Notes under the pieces: generated by a model
What the model saw: only the letters and a program-made list of their open reading frames with translations
Databases searched by the model: none
What the model was told of the DNA's origin: nothing
In this document: positions 29,831 through 39,950 of the stretch, one piece after another
How the letters are laid out: the number at the start of each line of letters is the position of its first letter
Position numbering within the stretch: the stretch's first letter is position 1
Translations under genes and position numbers: made by a program
IMG/VR virus record: IMGVR_UViG_3300027782_000072
Coordinates: 1-64,000 of that record
Direction: 5' to 3' (one strand)
DNA from: a virus
DNA: 64,000 bases

Positions 29831-31884
29831 CAATAAAAGCGCTCTATCCAACAGTTGAGCCCTCGCTTGAGCTGGACTTTGCCAATACAAAGGCGCTAGA
29901 TCCTCGCATTAGCTTTGCGAGGGCTTCGACGGGCACGTATGTGGGCGCTGATGGGCTTATAAAGGCTGCCGCTAGTGGCGTGGCACGGTTTGACCATTCG
30001 ACGACGGGGGAAAGCCTTGGGCTGTTGGTAGAAGAAGGAAGAACAAATTACGTGCCATATAGTGAGCAATTTGATAATGCTCTTTGGATTAAAACTCGAT
30101 CAACCGTTTCGGGGAATACAATTATTGCTCCAGACGGGAAAACTACTGCTGATGCAATTGTTGAAGACTCGGTTAATAACAATCATTTCATAGCCTTTGG
30201 CCCTTACGTGTCAGGAGGAGGAACTACTTTTCCGACCACAGCCGGGGCCGACTACGTGGTTTCTATTTTTGTAAAGAGAGGGGCAGGGTCCAGAAATTGT
30301 TTTATTTATTTAAAACGTTATACAGGTACGGCATATGGCGGCTGTTTTTTTAATTTTGACACGGAAGTTTTAACTGTTAATACAGGAAAATCCCACAAAA
30401 TTGATAAATTTTCAAACGGTTGGTATCGAATTTCTTTTGTTGGAACTGTAGACACAACAGGAACTGTTGAGCCAATATTGGAAGTATATCTTATTGAGGG
30501 CACATCAAACTTTAATTATCAAGGCAATGGTGCAAGTAGTATATACCTTTGGGGAGCACAAGTTGAACTTGGCTCAGTCCTGACTTCGTATATTCCCACT
30601 GGCAACGCTTTAAGTGGGACGACTCGCGCTGCTGATGTGGCGAGTGTGTCCAATGCCAATTCAAGTATCTTCTCCACGTCCGCCTTCACCACCATCAACT
30701 CCCCATTCGGTACTGCTGGCGGCAGTTCAACACTAGGGTTTGCAGGGCCTGTAGTCAAGCGAACTTCCGTGTACAATGGCAATCTATCGTCGTCTCAAAT
30801 TAACACTCTCACTGGCACCAGTGATTTCTGGCGATGGCGAGTCACAGGTTCTACTTTTGCGCTGCCTAATTTCTTTACCGACGGCAATGTAACTGTTGAC
30901 TGGAATGATGGAGTGGTAGAAACTCTTACCACTGGCGTACATACGTTCGTTGATGGCAAAACATATCATGACATTGGTTTTAGGCTTAATAGTGGTACGT
31001 ATTTTGGGCCCAGTGTTTCCAATAATGGTACATATGCCAATCGGGTGGTTGCTGTGGGTCCGACACCTGCCAGTATGAAAATAAATGCTTCCGTCGTATT
31101 TTCTGGCTGCGTTAATTTAAAAATAGTTGATGCCACTCTCAACCTTACTGGCGGAACAAATTTTACCAATGCTTGGTTTCTTAATTATGCATTAAGTTCA
31201 CTTCCAGTGGTTGATACAAGTACTGGCACTAATTTTACCAATACTTGGTATGCATGTGTCTCTCTTACTTCCTTTCCGCTTATTAACATTAGCACTGGAA
31301 GTTTATTTTATAGCACTTGGGTTAACTGTCAAGGACTCACCTCATTTCCACTGCTTAATTTTAGTTCGGCAACAGTTCTTGAGGCAACTTGGAACAATTG
31401 CACAGGACTTACCTCCTTTCCGTTAATTAATACGAGTAATGTAACAAATTTTAATTACACTTGGAACAATTGTTTCTCATTGACCTCTTTTCCCTTGATC
31501 AATACTGCTGCCGGTACAGTTTTTTTCTCCACATGGCTTCAGTGTTATGGATTAACCAGCTTTCCGGCATTAAACTTTTCCGCTGGCACTGACTTTCGCG
31601 ACGCTTGGCGATCATGCTCATCCTTGTCCACTTTTCCGCCAAATATGTTTAACACCACCGGATCATTAATCTCTACTGCCTTCGGGACGGCTTTTACTGG
31701 TTGCGCATTAACTGCAATATCTATTGAAAATATTCTGACTTCATTGGTAACCAATGGCAGATCCAATATTACTCTTGACATGGCTGGCGGAACCAACGCA
31801 GGGGCGTCCACTTGGACTGCGCCAGCTCTTTCTGCATACGCTACCCTTGTCTCCAGGGGTTGGACTATCACCCGTAACGCTTAA
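29827..31884 (+). CDS. tail fibre/spike protein with BspA/DUF285-like leucine-rich repeats
   Basis: FTRAS-type module plus 24-aa repeats TW.NC.GLTSFPLINTS. Confidence 0.75.
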   Translation: MTIKALYPTVEPSLELDFANTKALDPRISFARASTGTYVGADGLIKAAASGVARFDHSTTGESLGLLVEEGRTNYVPYSEQFDNALWIKTRSTVSGNTIIAPDGKTTADAIVEDSVNNNHFIAFGPYVSGGGTTFPTTAGADYVVSIFVKRGAGSRNCFIYLKRYTGTAYGGCFFNFDTEVLTVNTGKSHKIDKFSNGWYRISFVGTVDTTGTVEPILEVYLIEGTSNFNYQGNGASSIYLWGAQVELGSVLTSYIPTGNALSGTTRAADVASVSNANSSIFSTSAFTTINSPFGTAGGSSTLGFAGPVVKRTSVYNGNLSSSQINTLTGTSDFWRWRVTGSTFALPNFFTDGNVTVDWNDGVVETLTTGVHTFVDGKTYHDIGFRLNSGTYFGPSVSNNGTYANRVVAVGPTPASMKINASVVFSGCVNLKIVDATLNLTGGTNFTNAWFLNYALSSLPVVDTSTGTNFTNTWYACVSLTSFPLINISTGSLFYSTWVNCQGLTSFPLLNFSSATVLEATWNNCTGLTSFPLINTSNVTNFNYTWNNCFSLTSFPLINTAAGTVFFSTWLQCYGLTSFPALNFSAGTDFRDAWRSCSSLSTFPPNMFNTTGSLISTAFGTAFTGCALTAISIENILTSLVTNGRSNITLDMAGGTNAGASTWTAPALSAYATLVSRGWTITRNA

Positions 31885-31886
31885 TT

Positions 31887-32246
31887 ATGACTAACTATCT
31901 TCGTTTTGCCAATCAAACCGCGTGGGAAGCTGCTGGCGAAGCCGCCGGTTTCCGCGTTAACCAGCCCGTTATTGTTCAAGAAGCATCGTTTGACAATGAA
32001 ACCAATGAGTCCATTCCAGCAGTTTTTGAAGACCGTTGGACATGGCTCTACTACACACATGAATGGGCCATTGACGATGTGGGTATTCTTTACAACAATG
32101 ATGCCGTGGTAGATCCTGAAACCTTCGAGCTTATCACGCCTCCCACTCCCATGGAAGGCTGGCATATTAATTTTATTGGCACGCTTCCCGAAGGTTGGGA
32201 TCAATATCTAGTGGCACCTCGTAATCCTCGTCGGATGTTTGCTTAA
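31887..32246 (+). CDS. tail fibre assembly/chaperone-like protein
   Basis: YLRF N-terminus, GWHIN and P.NP.R.FA end; follows the fibre gene. Confidence 0.55.
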   Translation: MTNYLRFANQTAWEAAGEAAGFRVNQPVIVQEASFDNETNESIPAVFEDRWTWLYYTHEWAIDDVGILYNNDAVVDPETFELITPPTPMEGWHINFIGTLPEGWDQYLVAPRNPRRMFA

Positions 32247-32275
32247 GCATTTCGATAGACTGAAAAGAAAGTGCT

Positions 32276-32800
32276 ATGGCCAGGGGATTAGTCCGTAAGA
32301 ATAATCTATCTGATTTGCCTTCGCCCGAACAGGCGCGGATTAATCTTGGCCTGGCTTCTGCAGATTTAAACAGAATTAAAGGACTGTTTTCTTCTGCTTA
32401 TGTGCAGCCCACGGAAGTGCAATGCATTGCTGGATCGTCCAGTAATTTCCAGCAACAAATTGATAGTCTGAATGCCACGCTTTCTGGCATTGTTCCCAGT
32501 TTGTACGTTGCACGATCTGGAGATACCATTACTAGTGGCTGGACCAATACAGGCTTTATTCAATCAAGCTTCGTAGTGCAAAGTGGCACCACTCTCAGCG
32601 GTTCTACTGACAGTCTATTTTCCCTCACGGTTTCAGGACTGTCCTACAGCCTCTCCACTGCCACTCTTGTTTGCAATCTTGGCTTGACGGTGCAAGGGTT
32701 GGAGGACAATGGAAATGTGGTATTTGCCAGTGGAATCACAGTAAACAAGAAAGTGCCTGTTAAGATTGGCGGCAGACAATTCTTTATTGAGGCAGGCTAA
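32276..32800 (+). CDS. tail fibre-related protein
   Basis: NNLSDL...QAR.NLGL fibre motif, also seen in the 24723 and 26477 genes. Confidence 0.6.
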   Translation: MARGLVRKNNLSDLPSPEQARINLGLASADLNRIKGLFSSAYVQPTEVQCIAGSSSNFQQQIDSLNATLSGIVPSLYVARSGDTITSGWTNTGFIQSSFVVQSGTTLSGSTDSLFSLTVSGLSYSLSTATLVCNLGLTVQGLEDNGNVVFASGITVNKKVPVKIGGRQFFIEAG

Positions 32801-32943
32801 TGGCAGTTAAGGCAAAAGGGGGCAGTGCAGCCCTCAAGCGTTCACATCAGCCTGGACCCCCCAAGCTGACGAGGCAAGGAAATGGAAAGCGGAGCAAGCC
32901 CAGCCATGGCCGTAAGCTCCTGAGAGGACAGGGGAAAGCTTGA
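32800..32943 (+). CDS. small basic protein (47 aa, not in ORF track)
   Basis: TAATG coupling; MAVKAKGG...PKLTRQGNGKRSK...LRGQGKA resembles a small basic protein I recall from cyanophages. Confidence 0.65.
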   Translation: MAVKAKGGSAALKRSHQPGPPKLTRQGNGKRSKPSHGRKLLRGQGKA

Positions 32944-32991
32944 CAATGGCAATGGGAAAGGCTAGCTTCTGGCTGGCTTTTTCTTGGTCTT

Positions 32992-33228
32992 GTGGCTGCC
33001 GACATCAACTGCTATTCCTTTTCCCATCGCTTCTCCTCCACGCAAGATTTGCCTGGCTATTGCGGCTATGAAGAAATCACGCATCAGTGTCAAATGGCTG
33101 ATGCTCCTGCGTTAGTGCGTTCTTTCGCTCATTTCCTTACTGGCTGCGGCTTTGCCCCATCGTCTGTTTACAACGCAATGGAGACCATTGGAACGGAGTA
33201 TAATGAAGCATACATAGACAAGGAATAA
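32992..33228 (+). CDS. hypothetical protein
   Basis: 78 aa ORF. Confidence 0.5.
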   Translation: MAADINCYSFSHRFSSTQDLPGYCGYEEITHQCQMADAPALVRSFAHFLTGCGFAPSSVYNAMETIGTEYNEAYIDKE

Positions 33229-33233
33229 TTTCA

Positions 33234-34460
33234 ATGGGCCAAATTGTTGCAGATGGGGAGCAGTTTGAAACCCACGTAATTGCCGATAAATACGGCCATC
33301 TTCTTGATTACGGCCCTGACAGTGGAGTGGTAGATGCATTTGGCAGGCAGCGTGTAAGCAATCCTTATACGCTGTTTGATAGCACAATGCGCTTTGACAA
33401 GCGCACCGATCAATGGTATGAAATTACTACCGCCAGCGGAACTACTAATTTCCTCACCAATGCCAGCACGTTAGAGCTTAAAACCACCACTGCTTCTGGC
33501 GATACTGTTCTGCGTCGTACAAAGCAAAGATTCCCTTACCAGCCAGGGAAAAGTATTTTCTCCATGCAAAGTTTTGTTGGGGCACCATTGGCCAGTGGCT
33601 TGGTTCAGGAAATTGGTTATTTTGATGATAATAATGGTGTGATGCTACGCGCCAGTGGCACCACTCTCCAGTTTGTCATCAGAAGTTTTACTACTGGCAG
33701 TGTTGTCGAAAACGTAGTTAATCAGTCCGATTGGAATATTGAAACTTTTCCGGCGTTAAATTTTAACAGGGCACAGATTTTTGCTACAGATTTGGAATGG
33801 CTGGGAGTGGGAAGAGTAAGATGTGGATTTGTTATTGATGGAAGCATTGTCTATTGTCATGAATTTAACCATGCAAATAATATCAATAGAACATACATGC
33901 AAACGGCAATTCTCCCATTGTCATATCGCATTGTCAATACCACTGCACAGGCAAGTGGCACCACTTTCCAGCAAGTTTGCTGCAGCCTTTTAAGTGAAGG
34001 CGGTTATGAACCAAATGGCGCCATCTATTCGGCATTTCCTAATTTTGCAAGCGTTTCTGCTGCCACCGGAGAGCGCCTTACCGCTGCAATTCGCATGGTA
34101 AGTGGTCGCACGGGCAATGTAATTTTGCCGGTCAAGATTGATGTGGCTGCGTTTACTAGTGATGTTATCTTATGGAGGTTGCGTTTGAATCCTACGCTTT
34201 CTGGTGTCACGTGGAGTGGAGCCGCTAACGGAAGGGGAAATGTTGAAACAACCACAAGCGCCACTTCAGTGATTGGCGGCACTATCGTCAATACTGGCAT
34301 TGTTTCCCAGCAGCAGTCAACAGATTTAAAGATTGAAACAGCAATTCGCCTTTCTCTTGGGGTGAATGCATCTGGGCAAAGTGACGTGCTGGCTTTGACC
34401 ATTGAAAGCGATGGATCGGCAAGAGCAATGGGACAATTGGGCTGGGTGGAGATTGTCTAG
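33234..34460 (+). CDS. virion structural protein (distant paralogue of family A)
   Basis: DAFGR.RVS.P.TLFD, YQPGKS, EWLGVGRVR motifs. Confidence 0.7.
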   Translation: MGQIVADGEQFETHVIADKYGHLLDYGPDSGVVDAFGRQRVSNPYTLFDSTMRFDKRTDQWYEITTASGTTNFLTNASTLELKTTTASGDTVLRRTKQRFPYQPGKSIFSMQSFVGAPLASGLVQEIGYFDDNNGVMLRASGTTLQFVIRSFTTGSVVENVVNQSDWNIETFPALNFNRAQIFATDLEWLGVGRVRCGFVIDGSIVYCHEFNHANNINRTYMQTAILPLSYRIVNTTAQASGTTFQQVCCSLLSEGGYEPNGAIYSAFPNFASVSAATGERLTAAIRMVSGRTGNVILPVKIDVAAFTSDVILWRLRLNPTLSGVTWSGAANGRGNVETTTSATSVIGGTIVNTGIVSQQQSTDLKIETAIRLSLGVNASGQSDVLALTIESDGSARAMGQLGWVEIV

Positions 34461-34487
34461 TGGTGCTACAGTTCTAGGACTGGCGCA

Positions 34488-34838
34488 TTGTTCATGAAAA
34501 ACTGGCTTGACAGTCCAGAGATGGAAGCTTTCCGTGACGCATGGCATCATGCTGATTTGGTGCAAGGCGCGGAAGATCAAGCTTGGTGGGACAGTCTTAC
34601 GATGGACGAACGGGCGCAAGCGTTCCGCCAAATTTGTAAGCTAATTTACAAAGCAGACGTGAAAGACAAGGGCAGCTATCGCTATGCAATGTATGACATT
34701 TTTAATATTGATTATGGCGATGGATTAAAGCACTACATGCAAATTCACAACTTAATTAGTCATGCTGTTGATGGTGAGCAAGCGGCATTCGTTGAGCGCG
34801 TTGATGACAATTTAAATAGTACAGACGAGTGGTCATGA
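34488..34838 (+). CDS. hypothetical protein
   Basis: 116 aa ORF. Confidence 0.55.
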   Translation: MFMKNWLDSPEMEAFRDAWHHADLVQGAEDQAWWDSLTMDERAQAFRQICKLIYKADVKDKGSYRYAMYDIFNIDYGDGLKHYMQIHNLISHAVDGEQAAFVERVDDNLNSTDEWS

Positions 34839-34900
34839 AAAGGCCGGTGGTAAACATGAATAGACCAACGACGATTTCCATGGTGCAAAAGAATCTCGTC

Positions 34901-35299
34901 CTATTGTAGCTCTTCCAGTTGATAGGTGATCCTCATTTCGCCTCCTAGAGCTTTTACATCGTCGCTGGCGTCTTCTGCTGCTTCCTGCTGGATCATCACA
35001 GAAGGAACAACGGCATCAGGCAATGCAGTGATGGTGGCATGAGGATAGAGCTGCTTGGCTTGTTCTACTAACGTTGATGCTTTCTGAATACGCTCTTCCT
35101 TATCCCATTGCTCCACAATCTTAATAGTTTGCTTATCTACATCTTTCATCGTCCGTTGTGTTTTCCACTCAGTCCAATCTGGACGGCACCAGACAATGAG
35201 CCTGGTTAGCCATGGGCTAAAGGCAAGCGAAGGATATTTAGCAATCAGCCAAATGGCCACTTCATAAAGCAGGGCATTAACCAGCGCTGTTAGGGTCAT
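34901..35299 (-). CDS. hypothetical protein in the lysis cassette
   Basis: Coupled to the lysin gene; hydrophobic N-terminus. Confidence 0.55.
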   Translation of the reverse strand: MTLTALVNALLYEVAIWLIAKYPSLAFSPWLTRLIVWCRPDWTEWKTQRTMKDVDKQTIKIVEQWDKEERIQKASTLVEQAKQLYPHATITALPDAVVPSVMIQQEAAEDASDDVKALGGEMRITYQLEELQ

Positions 35300-35997
35300 T
35301 TGCTAACCAACACAGCCCAGCCAGAATTTGGACCTTCAACAGTCCAACGTGGCAGCCAATATTTATTGCCATAGTAAACACATTTGCCACCTTCTCCACT
35401 GGAATAGCCACCATTCACAATGTCAGCCGTTCCATACGGGTCGTTATGGACCACAGAAATTGCATCAAAACCCACTGCCACTGTCCAATGGCCGCCTCCA
35501 GACGGGGCCGTATAGCGTCCATGATGCAACCATCCAACCAGCACGGGACGGCCTGCTTGAAGCTCTTTGTGAAGGGTCTCTAGACCCATATTTTGCTTGA
35601 ATTCTGCCTTGAGTCCTAGATGGTGAAGGGCCTTGAGCTGAGCACTGGAGTCAGTAGTGTCGCCATAACGAGCACGAATGGAATTGTATTCATCATCGCT
35701 ACCCACTTTCCCATAGAACTTGGCAACCATTGCAGAGCTGCTACTAAAGCATTCGCGACTGCCATTGCCACTTTTGTTGTCACGTTGCCATTCATATGGC
35801 ACAGACAATACCACCTTCTTAGGAGGTTCTTGTTTTCCAGCCTGGCTCCAAATCTTAAACCATTCATTATCTTTGTCCATCAATTCAGGAGCAGTTTTCA
35901 TGAGCTGCTCCTCAAGCATTTGCACTGCAGCACTTTGGTACGGCAGTCCATTCTTGTAATATTTGAACAAATCTGAAAGGCGAACGGAGCCAGACAT
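35296..35997 (-). CDS. endolysin, C39-like cysteine peptidase
   Basis: Q.DN....RECFSSS.AM, GGHW..AVGF and NDPYG catalytic motifs. Confidence 0.8.
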   Translation of the reverse strand: MSGSVRLSDLFKYYKNGLPYQSAAVQMLEEQLMKTAPELMDKDNEWFKIWSQAGKQEPPKKVVLSVPYEWQRDNKSGNGSRECFSSSSAMVAKFYGKVGSDDEYNSIRARYGDTTDSSAQLKALHHLGLKAEFKQNMGLETLHKELQAGRPVLVGWLHHGRYTAPSGGGHWTVAVGFDAISVVHNDPYGTADIVNGGYSSGEGGKCVYYGNKYWLPRWTVEGPNSGWAVLVSK

Positions 35998-36006
35998 GCC
36001 TGCGTC

Positions 36007-36153
36007 CTAGTTAATTTTGGTCTTGAAGATGGCCTTTGCAATGGCAAGAACAAGCTCGACAGTGCTATTAGGCTTGATGGGAAGAGCGGCAATAATGGTT
36101 TCAATGGCACCGACGACAACGCCGCCGATAAGCATAAGTTCTGCAGGAGTCAT
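36007..36153 (-). CDS. putative holin (48 aa, not in ORF track)
   Basis: MTPAELMLIGGVVVGAIETIIAALPIKPNSTVELVLAIAKAIFKTKIN; hydrophobic, directly upstream of the lysin. Confidence 0.6.
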   Translation of the reverse strand: MTPAELMLIGGVVVGAIETIIAALPIKPNSTVELVLAIAKAIFKTKIN

Positions 36154-36177
36154 GAGGGACAATGCGTTTTCTTTAGC

Positions 36178-36387
36178 TTAGCGTTTGATTTCCAAATCGC
36201 GCACTCTGCCCTCAATTCCTTTCATACTATTTGTCAAGTCGTCCAATTTATCAGCAATACTTTCAACTTGTGTGGAAATTTTTACTTGTTGGTTGCCCAC
36301 TGTTACCATCATTCCACCACTGGCAAGCAGCATGCCTGCAGTCACCGTTGCTGCAAAGTTCATCATGCCTTCTTGCCAAGACTGCAT
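36178..36387 (-). CDS. membrane-anchored coiled-coil protein (lysis cassette)
   Basis: TM helix followed by a heptad coil. Confidence 0.55.
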   Translation of the reverse strand: MQSWQEGMMNFAATVTAGMLLASGGMMVTVGNQQVKISTQVESIADKLDDLTNSMKGIEGRVRDLEIKR

Positions 36388-36474
36388 TGGTCGTTGTCCT
36401 TTTTCAATATTCTACACAATCACCGTCTTTAACTTTGGCGGTTTAAACTATGAGGAAGTCAATTTAATATCACC

Positions 36475-36966
36475 ATGGGGATGAGAAATGGACCTGAAGA
36501 ACTCCTTCAATCCCTCTCTGAATTACGCCCTGGTGAGGCCAAACGACGTTTCCGTAAAGGCATCTTTGAGGATTATCCGCTACGAGGCCCTTTTGGGCAT
36601 TGCGCTTGCGCCTATTGTGGCAAATGGACCGAAAAGCTAACTCTCGATCATGTCGTTGCCAAAAGCAAAGGCGGGCCACATTTTGCAAAATTTAACCTTG
36701 TACCCGCCTGTCTCGCCTGCAACGCAAAAAAATCAAACCTTGCTCTTATTAGATGGTGGAGACAGCAAGAGTTTTGGACGAAAAATAAGGAGTTAGTTCT
36801 GCTTGCGTGGGTGTACGCAAATAGTTTTGTAAGCGCACACACTGATCTGCATGAATATGAGTTGTGGATGGAAAAGATTGGATATGTTACGCCTAGGTCA
36901 GATTTAAAACCTGTTCCGTGGCACGACACTACATCTCGTTGTTTGCCCATCGCTCAGATGTGCTGA
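36475..36966 (+). CDS. HNH endonuclease
   Basis: CAYCG...TLDHV...KGG...NLVPACLACN.KK. Confidence 0.9.
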   Translation: MGMRNGPEELLQSLSELRPGEAKRRFRKGIFEDYPLRGPFGHCACAYCGKWTEKLTLDHVVAKSKGGPHFAKFNLVPACLACNAKKSNLALIRWWRQQEFWTKNKELVLLAWVYANSFVSAHTDLHEYELWMEKIGYVTPRSDLKPVPWHDTTSRCLPIAQMC

Positions 36967-37708
36967 GATAAGCAATTGCAGATTCTAGGAGAGCCACGTT
37001 GTCCTGAAAATGGCCAAGGCCTTTATTGCATACAGAGCACAACAACCCTCGAACATTGCCAGTTTCGTGGCAGTGGTCAACGGCTACATTTTTACTTCTA
37101 AATGTTGATCCTTGTTTAATTTCAAGTTCCGTTTGGCAAATTGCGCAACAGTTATTTTGCTCTTCCCGAATGCGATTAAACTTTTCTACTGACATTTTGT
37201 AACGATATTTTAGAAACAAAGCCGAAACGCAATCCTGGCAACGACTTGAGATATTGCTGCTGTCGTGACTTCCGTGAAAACAATTAAGCAATTTTTTCTC
37301 TTTACATGTGGAACATTGTTTGATTCCTGTTTTGATTTCCTTGAGTCGTCTTTTTTCCGCCTCTTGAGCCTTTTTCTGATTCTTGCCAGGCGCAAACCAT
37401 TCTGGGAAAGGCGCAATTTCCAGTGCCTGTTCTGGCGTTAATCCCAGGTTAATCCGATTGGCAATAAACCGCCCACTGAATCCATACTCCTCCGCAGCAT
37501 CTTTAATTTTTGCGTACCGTACGCCATTAACCAGTATTGGACGACCCATGCTATTCGTCCTTGCTCTTGGTGCTATTTCTAGCGCCTCTTCTAGACTCCA
37601 ACTCAAGGCAAGCCTGGCGCCCACTTTTGGCGGAGTAAACCCATAATGCCTTGCTGCTTCGGAAATAGATTCGTACTGGACTCCTTCTACGGTTACTCGA
37701 TGAGCCAA
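36929..37708 (-). CDS. endonuclease VII-domain putative homing endonuclease
   Basis: Q...CAIC, VDHCH.TG.VRGLLC..CN.GLG; two N-terminal Y.SI.EAA DNA-binding repeats. Confidence 0.9.
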   Translation of the reverse strand: MAHRVTVEGVQYESISEAARHYGFTPPKVGARLALSWSLEEALEIAPRARTNSMGRPILVNGVRYAKIKDAAEEYGFSGRFIANRINLGLTPEQALEIAPFPEWFAPGKNQKKAQEAEKRRLKEIKTGIKQCSTCKEKKLLNCFHGSHDSSNISSRCQDCVSALFLKYRYKMSVEKFNRIREEQNNCCAICQTELEIKQGSTFRSKNVAVDHCHETGNVRGLLCSVCNKGLGHFQDNVALLESAIAYLSTSERWANNEM

Positions 37709-37822
37709 GTGTCTACCTTGTTTACGTTGTCAAAAGATTCTAGCAAGTTTTTTCCCGAGAAACGTTGTTATTGCAAAAGAAAAGGGGGCTTATGGCCCCC
37801 TCTCTACTATTTGGTGCGCCGC

Positions 37823-38218
37823 TTAACCGTAAGCACGCTTCCAGCAATCACCGTCGTCCAATGGCTCTGGAGGACCTTGGCGAAATGTGCAGCCGCTGAT
37901 CATGTAGGCATCAGGATCGGCAGGTTCAACATCATCTAGGGGAGTTTTAAGCTCAGCCAAGAATTCGCTAACTGTATTTTCAACGCGCTGAGTAAATGCT
38001 TCGTCTGTTTCAATGGTTTCGATGAGGTAGTTTAGATACCATTGGCATTTCAGCAAGTCTTCCTTGCCATTTTTGCGTTCATAACGCCATAAATACTTGT
38101 GGCAATTGCCCTTAAGAAAGCCTTTAAAGGCTTCGCTACTCATAGAAGCTTGAATTGCTTCAATGCTTTCAATGCCACCCTGGGCGTAATGGCTGGGACT
38201 ATTTATGGGGTCGTGCAT
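37823..38218 (-). CDS. DUF3310 family protein
   Basis: INSPSHY..GGIE.I, GN..KY.WR...KNG.EDL.K..WYL. Confidence 0.9.
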   Translation of the reverse strand: MHDPINSPSHYAQGGIESIEAIQASMSSEAFKGFLKGNCHKYLWRYERKNGKEDLLKCQWYLNYLIETIETDEAFTQRVENTVSEFLAELKTPLDDVEPADPDAYMISGCTFRQGPPEPLDDGDCWKRAYG

Positions 38219-38220
38219 GA

Positions 38221-38943
38221 TCAGAGTTGGTAGTTGTTTTCAGCAAATGCCTCGAATACTTCCGGGGCGATGGGTTCAGCCAGCTTAAGCAAAGCCTCGG
38301 CATAAACGGCAATTTCATGCTGGGCACCCTTGCCAATGCGAAGGCTAATGAAATGCAGCAGAGCCTGCAAGGAACATGTCCAGACAAAACTTGTGTACAC
38401 GCATGGTGGTAACACGCCACGAGCCTGCTCACGGCTCACACCAGCCATCAGAAGCGCATCGTAAGCTTGCTTGCTTTCCTCCACAGTCTTCGTATAAATC
38501 TGAGCGGCCAGGGCCTGCCCCCGTGAATCAAGCAGCTCTCCAGAGGCTTGCCTGTTGTTGGTGGCTTGAGAAGCAAATTGAGCAGGCACATAAAATTCTG
38601 CATCTTTAGCAGGACAGTAGCGGAAGCTTTTCTCATTCCAGCCAAGTTGGTCATCAACGTAAGTAGAGGCAATGGTGTGTTTGTACCACTGCCGGGCAAT
38701 AAACAATGGTGCCTTCACCATCCATTTGAAAACCACGCCACGCAAAGGGCTCGTGTGTTGGTGCTTGATCAAATACTTGAGAAGCTTGGCATCACGCTCT
38801 GACCATTCCTCGGAATGTCCATCAAAGCTTTGCCTTGCATCGTTCACAATCGACAGGCTATTCCCCATCGCATCAATGAGGCATACATAGCTCTTCCCAT
38901 CGTTTAGCGGATCGATGGGAGGCGGAAGGAGCGGATTAATCAT
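38221..38943 (-). CDS. thyX: flavin-dependent thymidylate synthase
   Basis: H.SP, P.FIARQW.KH, NE.S.RY, EQAR.VLP, LR....AQ.EI. Confidence 0.9.
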   Translation of the reverse strand: MINPLLPPPIDPLNDGKSYVCLIDAMGNSLSIVNDARQSFDGHSEEWSERDAKLLKYLIKHQHTSPLRGVVFKWMVKAPLFIARQWYKHTIASTYVDDQLGWNEKSFRYCPAKDAEFYVPAQFASQATNNRQASGELLDSRGQALAAQIYTKTVEESKQAYDALLMAGVSREQARGVLPPCVYTSFVWTCSLQALLHFISLRIGKGAQHEIAVYAEALLKLAEPIAPEVFEAFAENNYQL

Positions 38944-39292
38944 TGTTGAGAATCAGCGCCACTGGACGGATTCGTTGAAATGCCACTGTACCACTGATGT
39001 GAGTAGTTTTTTCGTCCCATTTGACCATTGCAGCCTTTCGTCCATTGCTTCTATCGATGCCCAAGAATGTGCCGTAAATGGACGTTGGCACCATTCCAGC
39101 CCCCGTGAGGGCGACCAGCGCCACTCGCTCACCTTCTTGCCAGTCATAGCCCTTTGGAACGCTCCTCAGCTTATAACGCCGGGAAGCCGGACGCAAGATT
39201 TCGGGATTCTCGCCATTTTCCACACGTCGTACAAATTGCTTGCCATGCCCTCTTGGTTGTAGCCTAGAGACTACGAACGATGGTTTAAGCAT
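38936..39292 (-). CDS. hypothetical protein (start uncertain)
   Basis: Overlaps the thyX start. Confidence 0.45.
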   Translation of the reverse strand: MLKPSFVVSRLQPRGHGKQFVRRVENGENPEILRPASRRYKLRSVPKGYDWQEGERVALVALTGAGMVPTSIYGTFLGIDRSNGRKAAMVKWDEKTTHISGTVAFQRIRPVALILNND

Positions 39293-39653
39293 GAAATTCT
39301 GCCTTCCAGTGGAATTGGTTTACAATGGCAAAAGCAGTGTGGCAATGATGGGTCCATTTGAGCAGTCAGCAGAGCGTGAGTTTTCCTTAGCTGTCAATAG
39401 GAAGGCCATCGCAGAATGCCATGACAACGTAAAGCTTCGTGAAGTGGCGCAGAATTTACTAACTGGCTGGTCGTCTATGCAAACGGCAGTTCAAAGCTTA
39501 ATGCTTGAAAACATTCAGCTTCGTCAAGCAATGGCCAAGCAGGAAACAGACCTAGAAGCTGCTGATGAGATTATTAAAGAGGCTATGGAGCTTGTTGAAT
39601 GTGCTCAGCAATCAGCGCGTGCCAAAAAACGTCTTTGGCCATGGTCGAAGTGA
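39291..39653 (+). CDS. hypothetical coiled-coil protein
   Basis: 120 aa from ATG 39291. Confidence 0.55.
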   Translation: MKFCLPVELVYNGKSSVAMMGPFEQSAEREFSLAVNRKAIAECHDNVKLREVAQNLLTGWSSMQTAVQSLMLENIQLRQAMAKQETDLEAADEIIKEAMELVECAQQSARAKKRLWPWSK

Positions 39654-39948
39654 GCAGAAAAATTGTCCAACCGCTTGTATAAGCAAGATTGTATTTACGA
39701 CAATCTCTTTCATAGCCGCTACCAGTGACATGACGGCCACGCATATAAACGCCACCTTGGATTTCGATGCCAGTACGGGAGTTGGGATGAGCAAAATCTA
39801 GGCGGTAACGTTTGGAACGTTTGGTTTTAGAGTAGCGCTCTTGAAAATCTTTTTCCCAGGCATCAATTTCACTAAATTCCTTTTCCAACGGAATGAGAGG
39901 ATTGTGAGCTTGCCATAGTCCTAGGAATTGATCTTCAAGAGCACTCAC
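39583..39948 (-). CDS. PD-(D/E)XK/Vsr-like nuclease (possible resolvase)
   Basis: YRLDFA...IEIQGG...GRH..G.GY..D..KYN. Confidence 0.7.
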   Translation of the reverse strand: MSALEDQFLGLWQAHNPLIPLEKEFSEIDAWEKDFQERYSKTKRSKRYRLDFAHPNSRTGIEIQGGVYMRGRHVTGSGYERDCRKYNLAYTSGWTIFLLTSTMAKDVFWHALIAEHIQQAP

Positions 39949-39950
39949 TA

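Noticed and set aside
31150-31640. Diversity-generating retroelement target in the fibre repeats
   Set aside because: These are protein-level LRR-like repeats; no reverse transcriptase and no adenine-specific TR/VR pair seen in the window.
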